From the NCBI RefSeq assembly GCF_006345805.1, contig NC_043012.1:35960001-36024000 (forward strand): DNA of 64,000 nucleotides, read 5' to 3'. This document shows positions 38,786 to 50,570 of the stretch, in pieces. The notes below the pieces were generated by a model. It worked only from the letters and a program-made list of their open reading frames with translations. It searched no databases and had not been told where the DNA came from. The position numbers and the translations under genes were made by a program. Numbering within the stretch: the first letter of the stretch is position 1; every line of letters starts with the position of its first letter. The stretch comes from Octopus sinensis. Its lineage: Eukaryota.

Positions 38786-40046
38786 TTGGGTCATCCAATA
38801 AATGATGCGGTCTTTTTCAATTGCATGAACTAAAAGTTAGAGGGGAAGGGATAGACTACCTGCATCACCTTGCTATAAAAGCAGGTAGTAATTTTACCTT
38901 GTACTTATTCTTAGTGCAAGTTTTGAAGAGTGCAGTTCGATTTTAACAGCTATTTTTTCAAAGCTGTAATGGAAGTGACAAAGGAGTATATTCAACATAT
39001 TTTACTTCATGAGTTCAATAAAGACAACAACATAATAGAAAGTAGGAGGAATATTAATGCAGTATATGGGGATTAGACAATAGGCTTAAGCCTGTATCAA
39101 TGGTGGTTCCAGAAATTCCGAGCCAGAAATTACAGTCTAGAAGACGAGCCTTGTCCTGAAAGATCTGTAGAACTCAACAAGGACGTCCTGCAAATCCTAA
39201 TGGAATAAAATCTCATCATAACTGTTGAGAAACTAGCAGAGAAGCTTGGATTTGGTCATTCAACCATTTGACACTTGTGTGCCATCGGAAAAGTCGGCAA
39301 AGAGGATCAATGGGTTCCTCACAGACTTTCTAAGTCTAATCGCATGCAGAGAGTGAATGTGTGCTCTTCCTTGCTTTCACATCTCACGAATGAACCTGTT
39401 TTGGACCGAATATTGATTGGTGACGAGAAATGGGTCCTCTATAAAAATGTCAAGCGCCAAAGACGGTGGGTAGGGAACGGGGAAACACTGGCACCCCAGG
39501 CTAAAGAAGGTCTTCACCCACGTAAGGTGTTGTTATCTGTTTGGTGGGATATGAAAGGATTAGTCCACTTAGAACTTTTAAACTCAAACCAAACAATAAC
39601 AAAGGAGATCTACTGCGAGCAGCTTGATTGGCTTATGTCAGCGCTAGAAGAAAACCAACCATCTTTGGTTTCAAGATAAGAGGTGTTCTTCCATCAGGAT
39701 AATGCTCGACCACATACAACGGAGATGACATTTCAAAAGCTGAAGCAGTTTGAATGGGAAACGATGCCCCACCCACCATATTCGCAGGACATTGCGCCAT
39801 CTGATTATCATGTATTCTGCAGTTTTCGAAATCATTTGGATGGAAAAAAATATGAATTCTGTAGACAAGGTCTGAACAGTACTGGAGGAGTATTTTTTGA
39901 GATGAACAAGTGAATGTTGGAAGAGGGGCTTCACAAGTCTACCAGGCAGATGGAAGGAGAGTATATTTTAGATTAAAAAAGAACTGTATCTTAGTTTTGA
40001 AAAATAAAAGAAGTAGAAAAACCGCATTATTTATGGGCTGACTCAA
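38786..40046 (+). mobile_element. Full-length decayed mariner (DD34D) transposon
   Basis: Imperfect TIRs ttgggtcatccaataaatgatgcggt and accgcattatttatgggctgactcaa, with TA at the right flank, span 1261 bp. The transposase remnant starts at ATG 38969 and has WVPH, GDEKW, DNARPH and YSQDIAPSDY, with 34 residues between the last two Asp. It carries several stops and frameshifts. Confidence 0.93.
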
Positions 40047-40048
40047 TA

Positions 40049-40080
<32 letters not shown>

Positions 40081-40092
40081 CGTTTATATATA

Positions 40093-40136
<44 letters not shown>

Positions 40137-40322
40137 TATATACGTATACGTTTGTACATGTATATGTATATATATATGTATATATACACACACGTGTGTG
40201 TGTGTGTGTACACATGAATGTATGTGTATATGTATTTCGTGAGCTGTTTGACCATTGATTATTGGCAAGTGAATAGTTTCTTCATGAGCTTTGTTATAGT
40301 GTTTCTCTTGTTCTTCCTGCAG

Positions 40323-40361
40323 ACCTTGATTCAACAAGACAGTAACATGGGAGAACTCATG
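40323..40361 (+). CDS. PCLO: Piccolo-like gene, 39-nt exon entering C2A
   Basis: Strong acceptor tttctcttgttcttcctgcag and donor gtaagt, phase 0/0. TLIQQDSNMGELM joined to LQL gives GELMLQL, equivalent to the GEIQLQ start of C2A. Confidence 0.85.
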
Positions 40362-40528
40362 GTAAGTCTCATACTGCCTCATACTCTTTCTCTCTCATTC
40401 TTTCCTTTCCTCTCTCTCTCCCTCTCTAGATTCCCCTTAGACTCCAGTCTGGATAGCTCCTCTTCTCATCTGACATACGGGTATTTAGTGATCTCTCTAA
40501 ACTCATCCACATATATTGCTCACACAAC

Positions 40529-40742
40529 TGGTTTTCAAATTCTGGCACAAGGCCAGCAATTTCGGGGTCAGGGCTAAGTCGATTGCATCAACCCCCAGTG
40601 CTCAACTGGTACTTATTTTACTCTACCCTGAAAGGATGAGCAGCAAACTGGAACTCAGCAGAACTTGAACTCAGACAGTAAAGACTGATGAAATGCGGCT
40701 GAAGCACTTTGCCCACGTGCCAACTGTTCTGCCAGGTCGCAC
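40529..40742 (-). mobile_element. SINE family A copy
   Basis: ggttttcaaattctggcacaaggcc...ctgttctgccaggtcgc. Confidence 0.8.
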
Positions 40743-40922
40743 TCACAAAATTACAAAGCATACATTTACACACACACACACACTTGAATAGATTTGGTGA
40801 TGCAAACAAGGAAATCAAACTCAAGACATGAGTGTATGTCTATTCGTTATTGTTGGTAATTAGTTTTGAAAAGTGCCAATGCACAAAACTCTCGGATTTT
40901 AAGTCACTCTGTAACTTCTCTC

Positions 40923-40964
<42 letters not shown>

Positions 40965-40987
40965 CATTAATGATGATGATGATGATG

Positions 40988-41020
<33 letters not shown>

Positions 41021-41089
41021 TATTACCCATGTAAGAACTACTACTACCCATGTATTTTAATTTAACTTAAAAAAAAATTTTTTTAAATG

Positions 41090-41220
41090 AACGAACTATT
41101 GAGTTTAGTTTAATGGCCTACCAATGTATACTATGAGTTTCTTTGCCCTAGGAGTCGGAAAGACACTTGGCAAGAAATGGAAGCAAATTTGAAAGAAGAA
41201 AAAAAAAATAATAATAATAA
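41090..41220 (+). mobile_element. 3' UTR stub of the same RLE family as 41471-42410
   Basis: ttaatggcctaccaatgtatac...gaagacac..gcaa.gaatggaa..a.attgaaaga matches 42317-42408 and ends in aataataat. Confidence 0.7.
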
Positions 41221-41470
41221 TATCCTGCTCATATCCTATGCAAAATACTTTCTATGTGATCTCAAGCTTTAAAACAAACATAATTTTCGTATGTTTTTTT
41301 TTTAGACATTCACTAGTACAACACTAAATACAAAACCAAATATATGGCACACTAGGCATAACAACAACATGAACTTCCAACCTGTTGTCTCTTGAGGTCT
41401 CTGGGTGAGACTTGAAGCCAACTTGTACAAATATAAAGCAAAAGTCAAACATAGAATAATAATAATAATA

Positions 41471-42410
41471 GTGGCCCATAGCAAATAAGTTAATGTAGAC
41501 TAGAAGCACACCCATCAGTAGCTATGGCGCTCAGGGCAAAAGGCAGAAAGTGAAGGCTTTATCCTGGCTGCTCAGGATCAGAGCTTCTTGACCGGGAACT
41601 ATGAAACCAATCTAATGAAAACTGGTGTAGACCCAAAGTGCCAATACTGCAATGATGGGATTGAAACAGTGGACCAGCTAACCTCTGAATGTAAGGTTTT
41701 TGCACCTGTAGAGTACAAATCAAGACACGACAGAGTTGGCCAATATCTACATTGGGTAATATGTCGACATTATAAAATCAAAACTGCTGGCAAATGGTAC
41801 AAGCACCACCCTGAGGATGTAACTGAGGGAGAAAATGTAACTATTCTTTGGGACATCCCAGTATGTACAGACCGGACCATCACAGCAAACAAACCAGATA
41901 TTGTTGTGAAAGACCAAAACAATAAAGTCTGTTTATTGATTGACATGAATAAAGACTGGTGACCATAATATCTCAGTAAAAGAATTTGATAGGCTCATAA
42001 AATATAAAGATTTGCTAATTAAAATCGAAAAGATGTGGAATCTCAAGACGGTTACAATACCAGTGATTGTGGGAGCTCTTGGAATGATCAAAAAAGGAAC
42101 CGAAAATTATTTAACAATGATCCCTGAAGGAAGTACCAAAGATTGTCTTCACTGGGACCTCATTCATATTGAGAAGAGCATTGTCACTGGGAATTTTCTT
42201 TCCCTTTTTCCCCCCTTTATTTTTTTGTTTACTTTTTTTTATTTTTTCTCTTTGTCTTTCTTCCCCTTTTCCTCTATCACACAACTTTGTAAAGGAACAA
42301 TCTGGTGTGTTAATTTTAATGGCCTACCAATGTATACAGTGCATTCCTCTGCCATAGGTGTCAGGAAGACACTCAGCAACGAATGGAAACAGAATTGAAA
42401 GATGATAACA
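41471..42410 (+). mobile_element. 5'-truncated RLE-type non-LTR retrotransposon (R4/Dong-like) in a (TAA)n tract
   Basis: EGFILAAQDQ, a CQYC..ETVDQLTSEC zinc-knuckle remnant, RHD, ILWD, and NKPDIVV..CLLIDM..KYKDL..MWNLKT..IPVIVGALG. (TAA)n lies on both sides. Confidence 0.85.
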
Positions 42411-42431
42411 ATAATAATAATAATAATAATA

Positions 42432-42989
42432 AATACCCCGTTGCAGTACCAGGTAGTGTCTTTCATGGCTTCTGTTCTTAAGTGATTCGAAGTGTTATCA
42501 TGTACGTTGTTTTGTCTTGGTATAAAAGATGGGCTAAAGCAAATATTCTGCTCAATACCACAGATTTGTTTGTCAATTGTTTGACTGTAACCAGTTGAGC
42601 ATGTCCCTGGTGGCTGACGATATGTGCATCTCTGATCACAAGCAGAAGTAGTGGGGGAGCATCATAGCCGTGTGTTGAGAAGAATTCTTTGGGGTTTGGA
42701 TAATTCACTTCTGGAAACATAGGTGGTTCATTCAACATCCTTAAACAACCCTCATTCAGGGACCTTTTGAGCAAGATAAGCTACTTGACCTGAAGAAAAT
42801 TCTAACTGGGCCCCACCTGCAAGGTCATGCACTGTTTATCTTGATATGAGATCACCATGTTGTGCACATATGGTTGTGATGCATGTGCCTTTGTGTACCC
42901 TTATCAGACGGGTAGTCATGATGGGTATACTGGGCTTTGTATATTTTACTCCAGTGTCACTTTGATGGCATGTACTTATTCTCTTGCTC

Positions 42990-42992
<3 letters not shown>
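42432..42992 (+). mobile_element. Unclassified non-coding retroposon-like element with (TAA)n tail
   Basis: About 560 bp of unique-complexity sequence bounded by (TAA)n on both sides, with no ORF. The classification is inferred from context. Confidence 0.45.
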
Positions 42993-43030
<38 letters not shown>

Positions 43031-43149
43031 TAATAATAATAATAATAAGAAGAAGAAGAAGAAGAAGAAGAAGAACAACAACAACAACAACAACAATGAT
43101 AATAGTAATGATAATAATAATGTAATCTTATATATATATATATATATAT

Positions 43150-46100
43150 ATAAACCCATGCTCAATAATATTTATAAACCCATGCTCAATAAACCTATTT
43201 ATCTAATGTTTATTTATCGACAATGCCGTCCCCAGTCAAATTCCCTCACACCGCTTATTGTCACGTGTCCCTTGACCTCTCTCTCTAACTAACCCTATCT
43301 CTCTCTCGCTATGTCCCCCCTTCCCATAACCATCATCGCCATGGTCCTCTATGCCCCCCCTCCCCAAAACCATCATCGCCATACATAAAAGAGCGATCGC
43401 ATTTATCGTTAACCCCACTCGCTTCAAAATATCTAAAGAATACGCACAGATCATGAATGGCTAAAAGTTAAGTGAATCGTCCAACCTCGCTACGACTACC
43501 TTCTTTCTTGCACTTATCCTTATTCTTTCTCTATTCTTCAATTTCCATCTCATTGTATTGTCCCTCATTCTTTCAGTATTCCCTCATTACCCTGTCTAGC
43601 TCAAACATTTTTTTCGTTTAGACTTGTCTCCAGGTTCATAGCCACTCTGATTTTTCAATTTTTCAATTTTTCGTTTAGTATTGTCTCCCGATTCATACAA
43701 ACCCATTTGCTAGCTCACGATTAACAGAACCTCTTTACTCAGCTACGGTGCACCCGCCCTCCCACACCCACCACGCATGCCGGAAGTTCCTATTCTCTTC
43801 CATCCCGGGGTTGCTTCCCATGAAGACTGCAAATGCTCTCACCATCCCTACCCCTCCCTACCCCTAGTCTCGACCTATGTAAGGTAATGTTCATACAGTG
43901 CAAAATATGAAAGGCTAGCGTTATGCAGGTTGTACTGAAGGCTACTTTACTACTTCATTTCTTGCACATGAATTCTGCCAAATGCGAGCTTTCTTTTCAG
44001 GTACACGAAGCTACTGTCCACCGTCCCAGGGTCTCTAGAGCCCATGCCTTCCACACCCTCAGGGTTGGCACCCTCAACGTTGGCACTCTGAAAGGTAGGT
44101 CTGGTGAGATAGTCGAGATGCTTGAACGGAGATGTGTGGATATATGTTGCATGCAAGAAATAAGGTGGAGAGGAGGATCAGCTACTAGGTTCTCACAGGC
44201 AAGGAACGCAGGTACAAGATTTTCTGGGCAGGGAACACTGACGGGGTTGGTGGCGTGGGTATACTTATCGCTGAGAAATGGGTAGATAAAGTAATTGAGG
44301 TAATCAGAGTAGTGACAGAATACTTAAGATTAGATTAGTGCTTCATCATAGTTTAGCAACCATTATATCAGCCTATGCTCCTCAGTCGGGGCTACCCGAT
44401 GGACAGAAAGACCGATTCTATGACACTCTACTGCAGACTACCTCATTGACGAACGACAGAGACCTTATCTTTGTGGCTGGTGACTTCAATGGTCACGTTG
44501 GACGACATGCTGGGGGCTTCCATGGCGTACATGGAGGCTATGGCTATGGCTCCCGCAACGAGGAGGGAACCAGGCTGCTGGAGTTCTGCGATGCAAATAA
44601 TCTTATGATTTGCAACACTAACTTCAGGAAACCTACCAGCCACCTAGTCACTTACCAATCGGGCCAACATACCAGCCAAATTGACTACATCCTTACAAGG
44701 CAAAGGGAGAGATGGCTGCTTATAAATGCCAAAACCTTCCCAGGTGAAGAATGTACCCCACAACATAGACTGGTAGTTAGTGACTTTAGGATCAGGACTA
44801 GGAGGACAACCAGAAGACGACAAAGAAGGATCTGGAAGCTTAAAGATCCTGCAAATGGACAGAGATTTAGGGACATATTACTTGAAGCCTCTGACGAAGT
44901 AGAAGGGGATAGAGCATCACAGGGGGTAGAAGACAGCTGGACGTTTCTAAGGGACAACCTGCTGAGAGCCACTGACCAGATCTGTGGCTGGTGCAAAGTC
45001 CCCTCTCGACCTAGAATAACGTGGTGGTGGAACAATATTGTAGACAGGGCTATTAGAGAAAAGAGACAGGCTTGGAAGGTCTGGAAAAATGGGGGTAGCA
45101 GGGAATTGTATCAGACTGCCAAAAGAGAAGCTAGGAGACAGGTTTATTTAGCCAGAGGGGAAGCAGATAAGAAAAAATTTGCCAATGTTCTGCGCCGTGA
45201 GGACCAAAGACTGGAGGTGTTTCGTGTTGCAAGACAGTGTGTGAGAGAGAATCGTGATGTGGTAGGAGAGAAGTGTGTTCGCATGGAAGATGGTTCACTT
45301 GCGCTAAATGAGGATGCAAAGAGAGAGGTTTGGAGATGCCACTATGAAAGGTTGCTGAATGAAGAAAATGAATGGGATAAAGAGAGTCTGCCGAATGTTG
45401 ACCCAACAGAGGGACCAGCTATCCGAGTTGATAGTTCTGTGGTAGCTAAGGCAATTAGAAGCATGAAGACAGGGAAAGCCCCAGGCCCATCAGGAATCAC
45501 TGCAGAGATGCTCAAAATGTCTGGTAGTGTCGGCTATAGCCTAGTCACCCATATAGTTAATCAGGTGATACACAAAGGGGTCATACCCAATGACTGGTGT
45601 AGCAGTATAATAGTCAACTGCTACAAAGGTAAAGGTGATGCCCTAGATACAAATAACTACAGAGGTATCAAGCTGTTGGACCAGGTGATGAAGGTTACGG
45701 AGAGGGTCATAGCCCAACTAATTAGAGAGAGAGTTAGTTTAGATGAGATGCAGTTTGGGTTTGTGCCAGGGAAAAGTACTACTGATGCTATATTCCTGGT
45801 AAGGCAGCTGCAGGAGAAATACCTAGCCAAAGATAAGCCCCTGTACCTGGCTTTTGTTGACATGGAGAAAGCCTTCGACAGGGTCCCCCGATCCCTTATC
45901 TGGTGGGCAATGAGAAAACTAGGGATAGATGAATGGTTAGTGAGAGCTGTGCGGGCCATGTATAGGGACGCCGCTAGTAGGGTGAGGGTTGGAAATGAGT
46001 ACAGTGAAGAATTCCGGGTAGAGGTAGGGGTCCACCAAGGCTCAGTACTCAGCCCCCTCCTATTTATCATAGTCCTCCAGGCAATAACGGAGGAATTCAA

Positions 46101-47743
46101 GACAGGATGCCCTTGGGAGCTCCTCTATGCTGATGACCTTGCTCTAATTGCTGAGTCGCTATCAGAACTGGAGGAGAAGTTTCAGGTGTGGAAACAAGGA
46201 TTAGAATCGAAGGGCCTCAGAGTCAATCTAGCTAAAACCAAAGTCGTAATCAGTAGGAAGGTAGACAAATCACAAACACCTTCAGGTAGATGGCCCTGCT
46301 CGATCTGTAGAAAAGGTGTAGGTAGAAACTCTATAAGATGCACCAAGTGTAAGCTATGGACACATAAGAGATGCAGCAATGTCAAAGGAAGGCTAACTAG
46401 GAAGATGGTTTTTGTATGTGGCAGATGCTCAGGAACAATAAACACTGAAAATGCTCTGAGACCAACTTCCGTCACTTTCCAGGGAGAAAAACTAGAAATA
46501 GTTGATAGTTTCCGTTACCTAGGTGACCAAGTCAGCAGCGGGGGCGGGTGTGCTGAAAGTGTAACTGCTAGAGTAAGAATAGCTTGGGCAAAGTTCAGAG
46601 AGCTCTTACCTCTGCTGGTGACAAAAGGCCTCTCGCACAGAGTGAAAGGCAGACTGTATGATGCGTGTGTACGAACAGCCATGCTACATGGCAGTGAAAC
46701 ATGGGCCGTGACTGCTGAGGATATGCGTAAGCTCGCTAGAAATGAAGCCAGTATGCTCCGATGGATGTGTAATGCCGGTACTCACACTCGGCAGAGTGTA
46801 AGTACCTTGAGAGAAAAGCTGGACCTAAGAAGCATCAGTTGTGGTGTGCAAGAGAGACGTTTGCGCTGGTATGGTCATGTGGCGAGAATGGATGAAGATA
46901 GTTGTGTGAAAAAGTGCCACACCCTAGCGGTTGAGGGAACCTGTGGAAGAGGCAGACCCAGGAAAACCTGGGACGAGGTGGTGAAGCACGACCTTCGAAC
47001 TTTAGGTCTCACTGAGGAAATGACTAGAGACCGAGACCTCTGGAAGTGTGCTGTGCGCGAGAAGACCCGGCAGGACAAGTGAGTCCACAACCCGTGGCCT
47101 TCTACATGGGATGGAGCCAGCCTACGTATGCATACCTTCCCTTCTTGGGACACAAAACTCTACTTGTGAAGACGTGTTGAGGCAAGTGAGGATCAGAATC
47201 GAAATCGATCAATGGAAATTGCGGATGTGCTACCAGTGCCGGTGGCATGTCGAAACTCTGCTTGTGAAGACCCATTGAGGCAAGTGAGGATCAGAATCGA
47301 AATCGATCAATGGAAATCGATCAATGGAAATTGCAGATGTGTTACCAGTGCCGGTGGCATGTAAGAGAACTTTCCGTTTCGCGACCGTTGCCAGCACCGC
47401 CCCGTTTCGTGTCCGTTGCCAGCCTCGCCTGGCCCTCGTGCCGGTGGCACATAAAAAGCACCATCCGTTCGTGGCCGTTTGCCAGCTCTGTCTGGCACCA
47501 GTGCGGGTGGCACGTAAAAAGCACCCACTACACTCACGGAGTGGTTGGCGTTAGGAAGGGCATCCAGCCGTAGAAACACTGCCAGATTTGACTGGGCCTG
47601 ATGAAGCCTTCTGGCTTCACAGACCCCAGTAGAACCGTCCAACCCATGCTAGCATGGAAAACGGACGCTAAATGATGATGATGATGATGATGATGCTAGC
47701 ATGGAAAGCGGACGTTAAACGATGATGATGATGATGATGATGA

Positions 47744-47746
<3 letters not shown>
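43150..47746 (+). mobile_element. Near full-length RTE-clade LINE (APE endonuclease + RT), with about 0.77 kb 5' leader, repeat-containing 3' UTR and (ATG)n tail
   Basis: APE motifs LNVGTL, QEIRW, SAYAP, GDFNGH and SQIDY. RT motifs QFGF, DMEKAFD, HQGSVLSP, YADD (46126-46137) and FRYLG. The RTE-type C-terminus is RLRWYGH...GRGRPRKTW. The tail is aaacgatgatgatg, and (TA)n lies on both sides. The 5' boundary is approximate. Confidence 0.93.
43923..47082 (+). pseudogene. RTE single ORF (about 1053 aa if repaired), broken by two 1-nt deletions near 44193 and 44312
   Basis: ORF 43923 (APE N-terminus) links through a third frame (TGKERRYKIFWAGNTDGVGGVGILIAEKWVDKVIEVIRV) to ORF 44338-47082. The 3160 nt plus 2 equals 1054 codons, with no internal stop seen along that path. 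Confidence 0.88.
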
Positions 47747-47781
<35 letters not shown>

Positions 47782-48341
47782 ATGGAAGAATGAAAATAAG
47801 CATTGATTGGTTAGAAATAGTAGATGCTGGAAGGGTACAGGGTAAGGAAGCAGAAATAAAAACTTGGTTTTAGACTAGAAAAGAGCAAACAAGTCATGGG
47901 TCTAACATCATTTTTGGTTCACTCTTCTCTGCCGTAAAACACCTTTTTTCCTCCACTCACTTCTTCTCTTCATTTCTTTTTCTTTTTTATCATATCTTTA
48001 CTGTGACATTCATTTTGTTTCTTTTTTTCTTTTACTTCCTCTTCTCCTTTCTCTCCTGATGGACTCTCACCCAAAATATCCGAATCTCTTTCTTTCCATT
48101 CCCTTAGAATATTCATTACAGTCACTTTTTATTCTTATTTGTAGTTTCTATTGTTTTGTTTGTTTGTTATTTTTTGAGGGGGTGGTTTTTTGTTTTGTAT
48201 GGTTTTGACTCATGTCTTGCTGATATATATATAATATACATATACATATATATTATATAATATATATATATTATTATATATTATATATATAATATGTATG
48301 TATATATATGTATATATATGTATATATAATATATATATATA

Positions 48342-48498
48342 AAATATTATTCGAGACAAAAACCACTATTTAATAAACAAAAAGGAAAGACTTAATCAAA
48401 ACATAAAAAATTTTTAATAAATTTATTAAAATTTTATGTATTGATTAAGTCTTTCCTTGTTTGTTTTGCAAAATAGTGGTTTGTCTCTAATAATATTT
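48342..48498. repeat. AT-rich palindrome
   Basis: gagacaaaaaccactattt..ggaaagacttaatcaa..cataaaa pairs with ttttatg..ttgattaagtctttcc..aaatagtggtttgtctc, centred near 48420. Confidence 0.85.
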
Positions 48499-48682
48499 TA
48501 TAATATTTTACTATAAAATTGGATTTAATCCTAAATCTGATTTTTTCCTGTAAATTTGGATTTATCCCTAATATTAATTATATATATATATATAAATATA
48601 ATATAATATATATATATATATATTATATAATGTGTTTGTATATCGTATATATGTGTGTGTGTGTGTGTGTATGTATGTATAC

Positions 48683-49008
48683 ATGAACTTAAGATTAGTT
48701 AAAATATGTTTGTGACATATTCCAACTTCTAAAGGCAAAAGTCACTGAAGTTACAGGGGAGAAAAATTTCTCTCTTGTTGTAAAAGGTATTTCCCATTGA
48801 GGAAAGCTAAAGAAACAGAAACATGCATCTGGGAAACCAAAAGAAGTCAGCACTCTACAGATATTGTGTTTTTACACCTTTTACACCATGACAGAGAGAT
48901 TTTTTTTTTCTCCACAGTAACTGCATTTACCTAATTCTAAAGGTAAACGAATTTACCTCTAGAAGTTAAAATACGTCATGAACATATTTTAACTAACCTG
49001 AAGTTCAT
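48683..49008. mobile_element. MITE with long TIRs
   Basis: atgaactt.ag.ttagttaaaatatgtt..tgac.tatt..aacttcta.agg is present as an inverted pair. Inner arms gttac..ggagaaaaa..tctctct..tgtaaaaggt also pair. Confidence 0.8.
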
Positions 49009-49089
49009 ACACACACACACATGTATATATACAAACATGTATAAATATAAACATGTATATATATTATATATGTGTATATATAAATATGC

Positions 49090-49142
<53 letters not shown>

Positions 49143-49696
49143 ATATATCTATAATGGATTCTTCTGAGGGTCTAGCAGCCAATATTGGACCACCCACACA
49201 GATCATTTGGTTGTAGTGGTGATGATTATATATATATATATATATAAAACACCCCCTATCCCTTCTTTCCAACATCTTTCTCTGTCATCCCCCACCCCAC
49301 ATGTGCTCACCATCTGCTGAATTCCTCTCCATCTCCCAATCTTCTCTGTTGAATCTCTCTCCCCCACACGCCATATCCTCCTGACAACCCCTCCCACTCC
49401 CCTGGCACAATCTTCTGGCTGGCCAGATCCTGTCTAACCATCCGACCCATGCCAGATTTTAAATGACAATGATGATATATGCAATGTCACCACTATGGCC
49501 ATAGTATGGGCTCTGTCCCTTCTTCAAAACTCAACAGGTAAGCCCCTCATAATCCCAGTTGTTTTCAGTTGAAACTGTCCACTTTTTAAACAGGCAGACC
49601 ATTGTAAAAGGGAGCAGTTTGAGACGGAATAGCTAAGCTAGGTAGCTTCTACTGGGTGGGTTGCGCTTGGCCAGTTTAGCTAGGGTACACCTAAGA

Positions 49697-50233
49697 CAAG
49701 GGTTCTCAATGGCTTTTACCTACAGACTTCTTTCCTTCTTATTTTACTTGGATGGACCTTGATAAACTTTTCCTGTTCAGAGAATTCCATTCTATTATTA
49801 TAATTAAACTTTTGTTTTCAAATTTTGGCACAAGGCCTGCAATTTTTTGTGGTGGGGGGTATTAATTACATCAACCCTAGTCTTCAGCTGGTACTTATTT
49901 TATTAACACCAAAAAGAGGAAAGGCAAAGTCAACCTCGGCAGAATTTGAACTTGGAATGTAAAATATGGACAGTGCTAACAATTCTAGCCACTCACCACC
50001 TTTTATTGTTCTCTGACTGTGGCCATGCTGGAGCACCGCCTTAAAGGGTTTTTAGTCGAACAAATCAACCCCAGGACTTATTCTTTGTAAGTGTAGTACT
50101 TATTCTATTGGTTTCTTTTGCCGAACTGCTAAGTTGTGGGGACATAAAGACACCAACATCAGTTGTCAAGTGATGTTGGTGGGGACAAACAGACACAAAG
50201 ACACACACATAAATACATATATATAAATATACA

Positions 50234-50267
<34 letters not shown>

Positions 50268-50570
50268 CAATGGGCTTCTTTCATTTTCCATCTACCAAAT
50301 CCACTCACAAGGCTTTGGTTGGTCCAGGCCTGGAGTAGAAGACACTTGCCCAAGGTGTCACACTGTGAGATTGAACCCAGAACCATGTGGTTGAGAAGCA
50401 AGCATCTTACCTCACAGCCACATGTGTATAAAGCTGTATAAAAGTTCCTACAGAATTGCATAAAAAATTGTTAAAATATTTTGTAAGAATTTAACAAATT
50501 TATTAAGTTTTAGCAACAGAATCTTAGATGGACTCCCAAAGGTCATGTAGACCCATGTTGAGGACCACTT
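49697..50570 (+). mobile_element. hAT-type MITE containing nested SINE A (about 49813-50002, -) and SINE B (about 50005-50422, -)
   Basis: Termini caagggttctcaa and gttgaggaccact. The flanking internal sequence matches the MITE at 3083-3338 (aaaaaattgttaaaatattttgt, ttttagcaaca.aatctta). Confidence 0.7.

Noticed and set aside
47605-47635. CTGATGA-A-GCC ttct GGC hammerhead-like start in the LINE 3' UTR
   Set aside because: No GAAA follows the stem, and other copies read cctggtgcagcc, so the match is a chance mutation.
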